From: the human T2T-CHM13v2.0 reference genome, Homo sapiens
Reading direction: 5' to 3' (one strand)
Assembly: GCF_009914755.1 (NCBI RefSeq)
Contig: NC_060936.1
Length of the DNA: 64,000 nucleotides
Shown here in pieces: positions 1 through 16,481 of this stretch. The translations under genes and the position numbers were made by a program. Each line of letters starts with the position of its first letter. Positions within the stretch are counted from its first letter, which is position 1. The notes below the pieces were generated by a model. The model was not told the origin of the DNA and did no database searches. It saw nothing but the letters and a program-made list of their open reading frames with translations.

Positions 1-1377
1 CATGAGACTTCTGTTTTTCTCTTGAATGCTCCTGCTGAAGCCCTCTTGCTTGACTCAAGGAGAAAGGAAAGTCTCTTCCTCCAGTCCCTCATTGTGGGTA
101 GAGGGAGAGAAACAAACTACCTATAGTCGATGCTCTTGGAAGAAATCATCCCTCTCCCTGTGACTCTTCAACTCTTTTATGTCCCAGAAATAGATAATGA
201 TCTCACAAAACAGGTCTTCGAATCCCAGCCCTTGTGGTCTAGCATTTCATGTTGGAATTATGGTAGTACATAGCACCCATATTTTCAGTCTCAAACTTCG
301 GGGTCTTAGTAGCAATGGAGACATAAAAAGAAGATTCCATTTTGACAAATAATGATAAAGCGTTTTGACAAGTGATGGTATAGAGATCGTTTATGCAGAG
401 AGGGACCTCATTCCTTTCCTGAAAGAATTAGAAAGGATTTCTCAGAAGTGACATATGAACTGCTTTTTAGGCAGAAGGTATGTTCTATGCAAAAGCATAA
501 AGATATTTACATGGCATGCTCCATGAAGGGTGCAGTATGATGAGAATATAGGGGATGTGTGTGCTGGATAATGGTGGGAGATGAGCCTCAAAGGCCAGAT
601 TACAGAGGTCTCACATGCCATGCTAAAGAGTTTGGCCTTTACTGAGCACAAAAGGGAGCCACTGAAGGGGTTGGTGCGGGAGAGGTCGGTCCTGTTCAAA
701 TTACCTGGGAGGCCATGTGCAAGCTGAACTGGAGGGAGCAGAGGCAGGACAGTAGAAGAGTTAGGAAGAGACTGCAATGGAGACATAGGGGCGGAGGTGG
801 CTCTCAGGACTCCTTCTGGTTTATTTGCATATATTTTGACTTCTAAAGCATTATGCTTATGAAGACAACCACATGTTTTTGCTTAATTTTCTGCTGAGGT
901 CATATCCTATTTTTAGAAATGTATTCTGTGCAAAAAATATATATGTAACAAGCTTAGTGTAATGGTTTCAAATGCAGGGCTACATAGCTCCAGAGAAATA
1001 GAAAATCTTTGGGGTCTTGTTTCTAATTGTATTCACACTTATCAAAAAGTCACTTGATAATTATTTTATAAGGCAAAAAAAGCAGATAAGTCTGCCACAC
1101 AGCAACAACTTTCCAGACAAACAGAATTCCATGTAAGCATTAACATGTGAATTGCACTCACTCATTCTTTGCTTCCATGTCTTGTTTTTTGACACATTAT
1201 TTGAAAATAATCTTATCCCTGATGCTAGTTGTTTTTCCCAGAAAACTACCATGCACACAGATGTATATTATTTTCATTGAAGTGTGCATCTTACTGTCTC
1301 CTGAAAAACACCCTTAAAAACACTGAGGGAGAATATTGGTTAAACTATGTAAATCTAGCTTAGGCTATCCAATCTAG

Positions 1378-1708
<331 letters not shown>

Positions 1709-1932
1709 AATCTGGTTCTCTTTAAACAATTACTCAATACGTTCCAAAATTTAAGACCAAGGGGCTCATTTCCTCATTACTGTTTCACCCTTTTATTTCT
1801 TTATCTGGCTATATTATCAGCCTTTACCCAACATTATGATAATCTTATGTTTTCAATGGGATTATAAGAGTTTTCTTAATTAAACATGAAGCAAATTCCA
1901 ATCCTCAAATTTCACTAGAAAACACAGAGGCT

Positions 1933-2224
1933 GGCCAGGCTCAGTGACTCATGCCTGTAATCCCAGCACTTTGGGAGGCCAAGGCAGGCAGATCTCTTGA
2001 AGTCTAAAGTTCGAGACAAGCCTGGCCAACACAGTGTAATTCTATCTCTACTAAAAATACAAAAATTAGCTGGACATGGTGGTGGGCACCTGTAATCCCA
2101 GCTACTCTGGAGGATGAGCCAGGAGAATCGCTCCAGGAGGTGGAGGTTGCAGTGAGCCAAGATCGTGCCACTGCACTCCAGCCTAGGTGACAGTGAGACT
2201 CAGTCTCAAAAAAAAAGGAAAGAA
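1933..2224 (+). mobile_element. AluS
   Basis: Full dimer. Perfect TSD AGAAAACACAGAGGCT (1917-1932 / 2225-2240). Confidence 0.95.
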
Positions 2225-4325
2225 AGAAAACACAGAGGCTTATTGGATAACAGTTTCTAAATATCCTTCCTCTTACCAGACATGATTGTAGATCAGTTTC
2301 ATTCACAAACCTGGTAGTCATATGATGAGAAGACCCCAGAGAACATGACCCAAGTCTGCTACCGTTCTGTAGGAAGTTCTCACAACTAGACTTAGGTGCA
2401 GTTTCCCTAACACCCACGCTTCACAGGCACTCCTTGAAGGCCGAAGTTATGTTCCCTTTGCCTCAGCATCTCCTGAGCCCCACATCAGACCTGGAACACA
2501 GTAGGCCTTCAATAAATGTTGATTGAATTGTTTTACTGAATTTTATGCAGGGTCAGCCAGACCTCTTAGAAATCTTGTCCCAGATGTTTTGAAGTTCTTT
2601 TTGTGGAGTTTGCTCACAATCAGCAATTGCTTTATTGCTTCTACAATAAAAATTAAATCAAGGAAGAATCACTCACAGAAGGAAGCAGAGCCTGAGGGAT
2701 TTAAGGCTATTTCATGTCCTTGCCTAGCTCTGGTTTGGTCTTCTACTGAGCAACTATGACTTTAGCTTTAAATAAAGAAAAAGAGAAGGAAAGAAAAAGA
2801 TTAGAAATATTGGGTGAGCTTTTTAGAAGAGGAAAGAAACACCATCATTGTCATAAACAACAAGAAACATTTCTTGAGCCTACTAATTTGGGTGCAACTA
2901 TGGAATCACTTGAATCACTTCGAAGGCCTCCACTTTGAAGAGGACAACCTACAAAGGGCAAAAGGAACATAACTTCAAACTTGCTTAGACTTGACTTTTT
3001 TAAAAAGAGACTCGAACTATCTAAATCATCTTCCAATACCCCATTTTTAATTTAAAAGCAGAATAAATTGTTATTCATTAATGTGTTAAAAACATCATCT
3101 TAATGTGTATTAGTTTTAGGAAAAATTTATGATAAAGTAGGATGTAATTTTATGTTTTTACATACATTTACATAGTTCCACATATCTTTGTATAACCAAT
3201 GTGTGCTTATGACTTTTATATAGGACTTGGGGTGTGATTTTACTATTTTAAATTGTTTTAGAGGACTGTAGTTGCAGGTTTGTCTTTTTCACATGTTATT
3301 GATCATGACTATATTTTATCTGATACTGAGTCTTTGGTCAACCTTTAGTTTTAATTACAACCTTGTCACTACAGGAGAAAATGTTCCATTTTACAAAGAC
3401 ATGATTTCAAAGAACACAATGTGGCCAAAAGAGGGAACTAACTATAAAATGTACTTAAGGCAAGGCTACAGTCACAGTGATGACAGGAAAAGTCTTAGGA
3501 AGAAGGGGACTAGCTAACAGATTGTAAGATGGATAATCTTGCAATTATCCATCTTTCTGGGGAAATAGGCCTCAATCTGTTATTTGAAGGAAAAGAAATA
3601 AAGATGAGAAGACACACTGTAGGTGGCTGCAGTTATTGTTACTTAACATCTGTTGAACAGAACGCATTGTATTGCATAGGCCTGCACTCTCCTCTACTTA
3701 TTCCAATTACTCCAACCAGGTAACAGAGCACTCAACAGCATGGAGAGTGAATGCATTTGTTTTTCTTTATAACACAGCATATAATTATAGCTTGCCTACC
3801 ATGACCTAGGCACCATCCTGGGGTGGTATATAAGGACAAATGTAACTTGGTCTTCGTTCTCGAAGGGCTCACAGGTCTAGTAGGGGACAGACAAGTGGAT
3901 GGTGCAGTAAGTCCTGTAATGGAGACAGTATTGGAGCACAAAGAAGCGGGTACTAAATCTCTGTTTGTGGGCATGAAGAAGGCTCCCTTCAAAAAACTAT
4001 GAAAAGATGAAGACATCCAAAAGAAGGCTCAGCTGATCCTTTCTTGGTCTGCCAAGGGCAGCAGCCTCTCCCAAGCAGGGGCAGCCTCAGCCCATCCTAC
4101 TACCACATGGAAGGGGAGCAAGAAGAGCCTTCCTCCTAAAGACAGTGATCCATAGACAGGGCTCCCAACCACTGTTTCTTCCACAAAGCCCCAACTCTCC
4201 CCCAGCACAATAGGCAACTGGACATCCTGGTTGTTCCGCTGGTGACAAACTTATCATAGAGCTTCTCTGAAACTAAGCCAGAGAAGACAATGAGCTTTTT
4301 CTAGAACTTAGAGGATGCAGCTTGA

Positions 4326-4799
<474 letters not shown>

Positions 4800-5100
4800 T
4801 ATTCTTTAAATCTGTCTTCTGCGAAGATCAAGACATTTCAAACTTAACTGGGAACAATATCTTTGTTCTCTGACTCTACTTGCCCTTGGGAACTGGAGAC
4901 CTACCTCTAGCTGGCCAAATTTGGGATGCAGCACTAGGGGAAGGGAGGTGGTGCAAGGGTCCACAGGATAAAAGGAGGCTTTGCTTTTACAGAATCTGTT
5001 AATATTTCGCTCTTCTTATACATACTGCTTTGATTGTCTATCTGTCAGATGAGTTAGTTGCACAGACAAGAATTGCAATTGAAAAAAAACTCTTAAGAAC

Positions 5101-5267
5101 GTGATTGAAATTGAAAATTGGGGTGGGAGGGGGGTGAGGGATGAGAAATTACTTAATGGGTACAATTTACACTATTCAGGTGATGGCTACGCTAAAAATC
5201 GAGACTTCACTACGACACAGTATATCCATGTAAAAAAGCTGCACTTATACGCACTAAATCTATCATT
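5101..5267 (+). mobile_element. L1MA 3' end fragment; the PSMC6 copy inserted into its A-tail
   Basis: GAGGGATGAGAAATTACTTAATGGGTACAAT...GACTTCACTAC...ATATCCATGTAA..CTGCACTT..TAAATCTAT. Confidence 0.8.
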
Positions 5268-5281
5268 AAAAAAAGGAAGCA

Positions 5282-6843
<1,562 letters not shown>

Positions 6844-6850
6844 AAAAAAA

Positions 6851-7420
6851 GGAAGCATACTTACATTTGCCTTTTATAGCTCCATAGGTAAAGCCATGTA
6901 ATATGAACCAATGGAGATAGAAACATGTTCTAATAGCATGTTCTCAAGATTTGCTTACAAAGATGTTTCTCTGTCAAACACTTCCGTTCTTGAAAGAAAA
7001 CAGCTTGTGATGCATCTTAAAGAAACCATGCTTACATTTGCCTTTTATTGCTGGATATCTCGTCTTCTACCAGTAAGTACCAATGAAGAAAGAAACATGC
7101 TCTAATACAAGCTTGTCCAGCCCACAGCTGGCACATGCGGCCCAGGACAGATTTGAATGCAGCCCAACGCAAGTTCGTAAATTTTCTTAAAACATTATGA
7201 GATTTTTTTGTGCAATTTTTTTCTTTTGTAGCTCATCAGCTATCGTCAATGTTCGTGTATTTTATGTGTGGCCCAAGACGATTCTTCTTCCAATGTGGCC
7301 CCGGGAAGCCAAAAGATTGGACACTCATGCAATATATTCTCAAGGTTTGCTTACAAAAATGTTGCTCTGTCAAACACTCCCATACGCTGAAATAAAACAG
7401 CTTGTGATGCATTTTTAAAA
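6851..7420 (+). repeat. Degenerate about 170-bp tandem duplication, second copy interrupted by MER30
   Basis: CTTACATTTGCCTTTTAT, AGAAACATG.TCTAATA, TTCTCAAG.TTTGCTTACAAA, CTCTGTCAAACACT and AAAACAGCTTGTGATGCAT each occur twice, in the same order. Confidence 0.9.
7108..7329 (-). mobile_element. MER30 hAT DNA transposon
   Basis: Reverse complement of the MER30 consensus (CAAGCTTGTCC...GCTCATCAGCTATCG...GGAAGCCAAAAGATTGGACAC). Confidence 0.88.
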
Positions 7421-7477
7421 AATAAGAAATTGAAAAATTAGGCCCACACTTGAGTTACATCATGAGTTAAATAATCT

Positions 7478-7802
7478 TTCTTTTCTTTTTTTTTTTTTTT
7501 TTTTGAGACAGAGTCTCTGTCTGTCACCCAGGGTATACTGCAGTGACACTATCTGCACTCACTGCAACCTGCAACCTCTGCCTCCCAGGTTCAAGTGATT
7601 CTCATGCTTCAGCCTCCCAAGTAGCTGGGACTATGGATGTACACCATCACACCCAGCTAATTTTTTGTTGTTGTTGTATATTTTTTAGAGGCGGAGTTTT
7701 GCCATGTTGGTCAGGCTGGTCTCGAACTCTGGCCTCAAGTGATCCACCCACCTTGACCTCCCAAAGTGCTGGTATTACAGGTGTGAGCCACCGCACCCTG
7801 CC
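7478..7802 (-). mobile_element. Alu (S/J)
   Basis: Antisense dimer. TSD GAGTTAAATAATCT. Confidence 0.95.
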
Positions 7803-8108
7803 GAGTTAAATAATCTCTCTTTGTGTGACTTAGGAAACTTAACACCAATTGCCACTGGAAAAAAAAAAGTATTCTGAAGGCCAAACTGTATTTATATGCA
7901 TTGTGTAGATGATTCTGTTAATATGCATATCCTGATATAAGTCTGATTTGTGAATTTATAAATGCATGTACTTATAACTTGCATATCTGTGGTATCAAGA
8001 GTTGTGGAACTTTGTCTCTATCCCTTGCTTATATTCCCAGGAATATATAATCCCTTTGCTTTCTAGTCAGTTAAGCAAATTTCCCTAACCTGAACTAATT
8101 CAACCTAA

Positions 8109-8348
<240 letters not shown>

Positions 8349-8479
8349 TGATCCTGTTCCACTTTGGAAGCAGTTCTCCAATATATACATCAGTATTTAC
8401 GGTAGCTGCTGCCACACAACCACCAAAACAGCTTTCTAAGAAACTACACTGCTTTACTGGTTCTATCTATTTCCTCAAG

Positions 8480-9620
8480 TTCTAAATGGTAGGTTGTAGT
8501 GCTCCAAGATTCAGTCATGTGATCTCTTTTTTATCTACTTCTCTATTTATCTAGGTGATCTCATTTCACCCCAAGACTTGAAAGATCTCAAATGTAGAAC
8601 TCCAACCTTGACCTCTACCCTGAACACTTCATACTCATATCTAGCTGCCTATTTGATATCCCTACTTGGACATAAACTTAAAATATATAAAATAGAACTC
8701 CTGATTCCCTACCCCCACATACAAACATACACACACACGCATATACACAAAACATGTGCCTCCCACAGTATACCTCAACTGAATAAAAGGTAACTCTGTT
8801 CACCCAGTGTGTCCAATTTCTCAGGCTGAAAACTGGGAGTTATCATTGGCTTTTCTCTTTCTCTCTTATCCAGTCTATATCCAGGATCCAACCACATTTT
8901 GCCCTTACCTCCATCATCGTCCTGATCCAGGCCACCATCATCTCTCACCTGGATTATTACAACAGCTGTCTAACTGGCCTCCCTGCCTCCACCATGCCTC
9001 TCACCACAAAGCAGTCTGAGTAAGTTCTTAAAATATTCAGTTGGATCAGGCCAGTTCTTTGCTCATAATACTATAATGGCTTCCTATTTCACACAGGATA
9101 AAACCCAAAGTCCTAGCCATAATTTACAAGACCATACATCATCTGTCTCTCTTTGATCCTGATGCTCTTGCCTTATCTCTTACCTCATCTCCCCGAATCC
9201 CTTCCACTCTCACTTTGATCCAAGTACACTGGCATAACCTTAAACATGGCAAGTAGCTTCCCCAAGACCTTTGCTCTTGCTGTTCTCTGCCTGGGCTGTT
9301 CTTCCGTGAGATGACCTCTGCTTCGTTCAAATTTCTGCCCAAATGTCACCTTATCAGGAATATATCTAACCATCTTATTTTAAAAAAGCAAGTCCGCTGC
9401 CCACTCCTCCTTTATTCCCTTTCTCCAGTTTCATTTTTCTGCATATCCCTTGCCACCTGTCATATACATTTTTGTATTCATCAACTGTCTTTCCATACTT
9501 CTCAATACACTCTAAGAAAACAGGGACTTGACGTGTTTTATTTTACCCTATCCACAGCAACTAGAATAGAGATTGGCACAAGTATTTTAAAGCATTCGTT
9601 GAATAAATAAATGAATGGAT
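8480..9620 (+). mobile_element. L2a remnant
   Basis: CAGGCCACCATCATCTCTCACCTGGATTATTACAA, CAAATGTCACCTT, and 3' terminus GTTGAATAAATAAATGAATG. Confidence 0.8.
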
Positions 9621-11565
9621 TTTAGAGACCTCAAAACATTATGTTCCCAATGGGCTGGCCACATGGTTGCTGGCTATGCCAGAGGACATTCCGCTGGAAT
9701 TGCCTTGCTTCAGCCAAAAGAACAAATGATGTCTGTACATCATGTTGAGTATTGAAAATACATCTGGAAACATTATCCTACCCTGGTACCCAACGCTGGA
9801 GTGCCTCACCTGGACTACTACATGTAGCGTTAGCTCTTATATCTCAAGAAATATCCAAATAAAAGCAAGTATAAAGATCCAGAAAATGGAGAGGACTGCC
9901 AGAATAAAGAGCAGGACATTTCAGGCTGGAGTGACAGAAGATGAAGAATATGATCAAACTCTAGAAAATCAAAATGCTGTGATCAAGCCCAAGGTGAACT
10001 TCTATACCAAATCCAGGATCAAAAAAAAAAAAAAAATGGAGAGGAACCCCTTAAAACTTGAAAGGTTGTGTGGTGGATGGAAAATGCATGGCCTATAAGA
10101 TAGGCACAATTGAGTCTAAACCCAAGATCTGGCTGCATGTATGACCTTGGACAAGCTACCAAATGACTACGAACTAGTACCTGTATGTAAAATTCTGATA
10201 AGGTGCCTGCATCACAAGTTTGTTATGAAGACAGTGCACATACCAAGCACACAGCAAACATTTTTTCTCTTTCTGTGGTGAGAAAAATATTGGGATAAAT
10301 AAAAGGAAGTTCTAAACCAGAAGGCAAGCTTAGGCAAGTTTTGTTATAGGATGGGGAAAGAATCAGGTGAATTAACAGAGGCAGAAAATATATATTATCT
10401 TATATTCTTTCTGCATTTTACAATCTTCAAACTGTTTTCACTGATGTAATCTCCTTTGACCTTCACAAACTATCTTGTGAAGTAAGAAAGGTAAGTAAAA
10501 TGAAACCCATTTTACAGATGAGGAAACTGAGGATGGGGATTTTTTTAAGTCCCCTAAAACAGGTTCCATGATTTTTCCACCAATCCAGAGGGCCTCTTCA
10601 TAGAATTCAAGTCACTTCTCAGAAAAGCTTAGTCACTTAGGAGAGAGCCTCTGTGGGTGATTAGCAAAGATGTCTGAGGAGTTAGTATGTAAGTAGAGTC
10701 AAGAACCACCAAGCTTTCTCAGCACACCTCTTAGGCCTGTTATGAAAAGATTCAACTGGATGAGCCCTGGGTCTGACTCTCTGGAGCAAGTCTCTCAGTC
10801 CTCTGCTTGCTTTCCTTAACTGGGCATGAATGCAGTCTATCAGTGAGGCGTGCCCATGGCGATTTTCTTTCTGCCTCTGGTTTTTGAAAAGCATCTAGTT
10901 ATGCATTCCCGAGGGTGGAGGGCAGACTGGGGAATCCTGGGTCTTCAGTCACAATAATGCCAGTTACCAGAAACAGCTAAACCAAATTTATAACATATGT
11001 TTCCATAGCCTCAAATATCCACCATTTGTCCCATGACCTTCTCTCTTTAAACAAATGCCAAACAAGGAGATTCAATTATTCAGTCAGTCTAAAAGGAATT
11101 GGTTTATGCTGAAATCCAGTGCTGAGTTTATATAATTTTACACAATGGGTCACACTGAAAGCTTTATGCAAGCTTGTAGCTGCAGCTAAGAAAGATTCCT
11201 AGCTTTCTTTATAGCTGAATTATTATCTAGGTAGAATCAATCCTCAAAGGAGAAAGCTAATTACATCACACCAGTTTTTGAAATGAAAAACGACAGAGAA
11301 ATAACATTCATTCATCCATTCAATAAATATTTATTGTGTTCCTTTGAAGTGGCAGGCACCATACAAGGTATTAGAAATACAAAATGGAAAAGAAATAGTT
11401 CTTGGTCTCAGGAGTTCAGGGCTTTGTGTACAGATAGACACTGAACAGTCTGAGTCATTTAAAACACAATGTGATAAATATTATAATGGAAATAATTACA
11501 AGGTGCAGTGGGAATCCAGGCTGCATAATTCCTAAGTGTTACTAGGAGAAATCACTTCAGCAATA

Positions 11566-11669
11566 AGGATGACCAACTCAACCTAATTTTCCTGGGACTT
11601 TCCTTATTTTACCACTGATGCTCCCATGCCTGGGAAATCCCTCAGCAAACCAGGATGGTTGGTCATCCT
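11566..11669. mobile_element. Short hAT MITE (MER94-like)
   Basis: Perfect 12-bp terminal inverted repeats AGGATGACCAAC / GTTGGTCATCCT. Confidence 0.7.
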
Positions 11670-12402
11670 ACCTGCAATGCTAAACAAACAAATAAAAGTT
11701 ATGTTTCTGTCTGCAAAAGACCACGTTCATTCCCAGAGGCACATGGGATCAGAATGACTTCATTAGAATGAGAATTCAGTAGCTGATGGAAAAAACGGAT
11801 CTTTCATGGCTCTGCCAGACACAAAGGAAGAGTCAGCCTGATGTGTTAGAGAGAAGCTGTACATGGTTTCCCTGCCCTTGCCTAGAGTCTTGGGATAGCT
11901 ATTTAACCTCTATGAGAATTTGTCTGTTTATCGGTAAAATTACACTAAATATTGTAGTAGTCAGAATAAGTCAGGTTATGCTGCTGAATCTTACTGGCTA
12001 TAAAATTAAGTTTATTTGCATTACAGTTCAGCTGGAGTGTGCTGCTCATCTCACTCTAGGAGCTCAGCAGACAGAGCAGCCACCATCTCAAAGATTGTCT
12101 GTCCCCAGGGCACAGGGAAAAAAAAAAAAACATTCTTCCTGCCTCAGGTAATGGTTTTCTTTTCATCCACCAGCAATCCCTAAACCAACACCACATGGTG
12201 GTAGGCTTTTTTGTTGCAGCAGCATAACCTGGCCTATTCTGACTGATGGGGATAACTTAAAGTGTAGATGTGAGACTTAGAGGAAGTAAGAGAGTGAAGA
12301 CTGCTTGGTAAACCCCTTAAGGGCTGATATGAATGTTTGAAAACATGCTTGTGAACACTTACCTGTCATCTAAGATTATTCATATAAAAACTATCTTGTT
12401 TA

Positions 12403-12700
12403 GGCTGGTTGAGGTGGCTCATGCCTGTAATTCTAGCACTTTGGGAGACTGAGATGGGTGGATTGCTTGAGGCCAGGAGTTCAAGACCGGCCTGTCCAAC
12501 ATGGCAAAACCCCGTCTCTACTAAAAATACAAAAATTAGCTGGATGCAGTGGCAGGTGCCTGTAATCCCAGCTACTCCTGCCAAGGCAGGAGAATCACTT
12601 GAACCTGGGAGGCGGAGGTTGCAGTGAGCCAAGTTCGTGTCACTGCACTCCAGCATGGGCAACAGAGGGGGACTCTGTCTCAAAAACAAAACAAAAAAAA
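12403..12700 (+). mobile_element. AluS
   Basis: Full dimer. Degenerate TSD ending CTTGTTTA. Confidence 0.95.
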
Positions 12701-15275
12701 CCTACCTTGTTTAAAAACCAAGTTAGTGTTGAGGTTAGGGTTAGGCTGCTAAGGAGTCAGCATTCCTGGTTTGACCTTTCTACCAACTAGTTAAGTTTTT
12801 CACAAAGAATCACCTTTTCCACTGCTAAAGACTGCAGCCTTGGTCCCACCCAGTTATTCTTCAGACAAATAATGAGCAGCTGATCCCAGGGCCAGAAAGT
12901 GCAGTTGGCAAAGTGATGCCCTTCCCTGCTACCGAAAAAACAACCCCACGCTACACCATTCTCATGTTTTTAAAATGGACTTTTAAAAGCCCCTGGATCA
13001 TTTGGAACATATTTCCCATGAGTTTTAAAACATTTTAACTCTTTTCCCCTCCATTTCATCATGAGCTTCCCGTTGGTGCTAAAGATAGTCATAAACAAAC
13101 TCTGTGGTCTGTCTCTCAAAAAAGAAACATATGCAAATTCCAATTATCATCACTTTTTTCTGAGAATGGAAGAGCTCTGCTTCCTAGAGTGTAATGTTCA
13201 TTTGCAAATTGCCTTTTGACAGGCGAAAATGGCACATTTGAACTAATGGCCTCTCCTTTTTAGAAACCATTCAAAAGAATTGGGTCGATAGATGTAACAT
13301 CTGATTACAGAGTGAGTAGCAAGAAGGGGATTTTACCAGGGATCATTGAGCAAGAGTCTCAACATGGCCGAACTTTTTTTACAACTGAAGTCATCCATTA
13401 AACTCTAATGAACATGTGCATAACACATTTCCTGTGTAATCGAGACATCAAAAATTTCTGCCCTTTTAGTTAAGTGAAATGAAATGTTTCTCTTAAGTCT
13501 GATGAATAAATAGGTTCTTTTAAAAAAAATCCATAAAAGTTTAATTCTGTTTAGGCAATTCCCATTATGAACTTGCTTAAAAATGAGTTGTCTGTCCTAC
13601 AGCATTTTATAGTGAATGATTTCCTCCTCTGATGAACACAGCAATTACTTAGCTGCGTTCTTAGATATTAAAGCACATTCTCTAGAGTTCAATTTTGGTT
13701 AGTTTCATTCCTGATGACATTGGGAATGAAATTTCAGCATAATCTCATGAGGATCCATGGACAGGAAATTGTCCAACAACAAAACTCCAGGGAGGCAGTA
13801 AGAGACCAGCTTGCATCTGAAGTTGAAGATGTTGGATGATAGGAGCCTAGAAATCAGCATAGAGGAAGGGACTCCTGGGGATAGCAGAAGAGTCTCCCAG
13901 GCAGCCCTCATCTTGGGAAATAATTACCTTTTCCTACCAAAATCCTTAGTGGGTTATTAAGTCCCTCCTTTGTTCGTGGGCAGAGGGCCTTTACAGACTT
14001 CAGGCAGTGGGGATTCTAGAAGAGACGTTTTACAGATGGTATCCTCAGAACTCACTCCAAGTATAGGGGACTACAGAACCACATTGCCTGCACTGCACAA
14101 AACAGAAACAGAAAAATAATTCAAATTTCCCAATCCAGGAGCCTAAGATCCCTAAGGTTCCATGAAGAGGTTTAGGGGAATCAGAAACTATACTTAAGAT
14201 TCTCCCCAAAAAACTCATTCACCTGGAGGTTTTGACTTGTCTGGGGGAGTGTGGGGGTTAAAAAAAAATCAAAGATGACAATTCACACCAAAAAACAAAT
14301 AACAACACACAAGAAACTCACAGCTGTGTTCAAGTGGGAACGCCAGTACTGTTTTAGGAGGAAAGAGGACAAAGGCAACAAACCAACATCTGCTTGCTTG
14401 CTATCTGGTACATCACCAAGGTGACAGCAGCTGGGTACAAATCAACTGCTCTTTCTCTTTTGCTAGCCACAAAGCTGCTCACTGTGGCTAGGCTGAGCTT
14501 GTCAGGACACATTCATGTGTGATCTAATACACACTAAACACTTAATAAGCAAATCTGAACACATCTCTAGAAGCCCCATGCAAAGAAAAGACACTCCCAA
14601 AGAGAGATCAGTCCCAAGAGCTCAACAATTCAAGATTTTACCAAAAGATACCCTGTTACCTCCTAAATTGCCAATTGCTTCTCAAAATTTTACTGCAAAA
14701 GGGAAATCATGACAAGAATTCTTAGGGTGGTGGGGGAGAAAAAGCTACTTTTCCTAGTCATTAGTACAGTGTGCCTTGTTAATTAGGTATCTTTATATAC
14801 ATTAGAAAAAGTACTTTACTTGCATGTTCTCATAAAATGAATTCTGAGTATAGCAGAATCATGTTAGATCTGTTCAGATATAAATTTTTACAGCTATATA
14901 AAACAGCCTATGTGTACTTTTTTGCCATTTTTAAACATGATTTTTTCATAAGAAAAATAAAGATTACACTACATGTGATGTATATGTAATGGATTATTAT
15001 GCCAATAATTTTGGTCTTTAACATACTTCTTATTCATTAGGAGCAGATGGGGGTACCCAAGATTTCATATTAGGACTTTCTGTCCTGAATTTTGATTGAG
15101 CAAAATCTGGAAAATGTGAAAGCCTATTTAGATTTTTATATATTCTCTGAAATGTGATTTCCCAAGATTCTTACATTTGACCCTCTTGCAATAATTTTGA
15201 ATGAGATCTCCCAACTCGCTTCAGAGAATAGTTTTCACAGATATCTTTAGGCCTTCATTAGAAAGTATTTTCCCC

Positions 15276-15601
15276 CTGTTGGTACATTTGGTGACCTCAT
15301 TTTGCTGTTTGTTTCAGATTATGAATGCTCACAAGGATGTCTGTAGAATCATTTGCTGAGTCATTTCCTCAAATCATATTCCATTATATCAGTTAACATA
15401 TAGTTTTAAATGCACATATTACAAATATCTGTAACCAAATCATCTGAAGGCTTCATAAATTTTTAACAAAGTTTGTCCATTTTTAATGAAAGTTACTAGT
15501 AATGCTTTACTAAGCAGTGCAATGAATTTTTTATTTTCAATCCTTGTGCCCGATTTTGGAGTTGAGGGGGTTGTTGGTAATAAATGCATGACGTATACTT
15601 T
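15276..15601 (+). pseudogene. Candidate 5'-truncated retrocopy of an mRNA 3' UTR, parent unidentified
   Basis: Non-repeat AT-rich sequence with AATAAA at 15579-15584, 17 nt before an A-run. Degenerate TSD AGAAAGTATTTTCCCC (15260-15275) / AAAAAATATTATCCCC (15602-15617), 13/16 identical. Confidence 0.5.
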
Positions 15602-15977
15602 AAAAAATATTATCCCCTTACTTGTTGATTCCTTCAATAAGTGTTTCTCAAAGGCCTATGATGTATGAGGTACTCTGCTAGGTCCTGGAATTAATCAGCA
15701 AATGAGACAGTCATACTGCCTGACCAAACATGAAGCTCACATCTGGAATTATACAACTACTTTCAAAATTAATTATTTAATTAAAAGTGTGGTAAATGGT
15801 GCAAGAGAGAAATATAAGATATTAGAAGAGCACATACCAGGGGATATGACCCTGTCTGAAATTCATGGAAGGCTGCTCTGAGGATGTGCTGTAGAAATGG
15901 AGAGCCACGGAAGGATGAGTTAAAGCTAACTAGGCAAAATTGTGAAGAACATTACAGACCTAAAGAACAAGAAATGC

Positions 15978-16481
15978 CATTGTCAATGAGCTGTTGGTGA
16001 CAATGGCGGTTTTGTAGAATAGAAAGGGGGGAAAGGTGGGGAAAAGATTGAGAAATCGGATGGTTGCCGTGTCGGTGTAGAAAGAGGTAGACATGGGAGA
16101 CTTTTCATTTTGTTCTGTACTAAGAAAAATTCTTCTGCCTTGGGATCCTGTTGATCGGTGACCTTACCCCCAACCCTGTGCTCTCTGAAACATGTGCTGT
16201 ATCCACTCAGGGTTGAATGGATTAAGGGCGGTGCAAGATGTGCTTTGTTAAACAGATGCTTGAAGGCAGCATGCTCCTTAAGAGTCATCACCACTCCCTA
16301 ATCTCAAGTACGCAGGGACACAAACATTGCGGAAGGCCGCAGGGTCCTCTGCCTAGGAAAACCAGAGACCTTTGTTCACTTGTTTATCTGCTGACCTTCC
16401 CTCCACTATTGTCCTGTGACCCTGCCAAATCCCCCTCTGCGAGAAACACCCAAGAATGATCAATAAAAAAAAAAAAAAAAC
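15978..16481 (+). mobile_element. 5'-truncated SVA (SINE-R domain plus polyA) with a short 5' inversion
   Basis: SINE-R sequence (TGACAATGGCGGTTTTG...CCCTCTGCGAGAAACACCCAAGAATGATCAATAAAAA) with a clean A-tail and a perfect 16-bp TSD AAAGAACAAGAAATGC (15962-15977 / 16482-16497). It lies within an L2 remnant. Confidence 0.95.

Noticed and set aside
13100-13700. Repeat-poor stretch with an octamer ATGCAAAT (13131-13138) as an enhancer
   Set aside because: A single 8-mer is expected by chance in 64 kb of AT-rich DNA, and I have no conservation data to support it.
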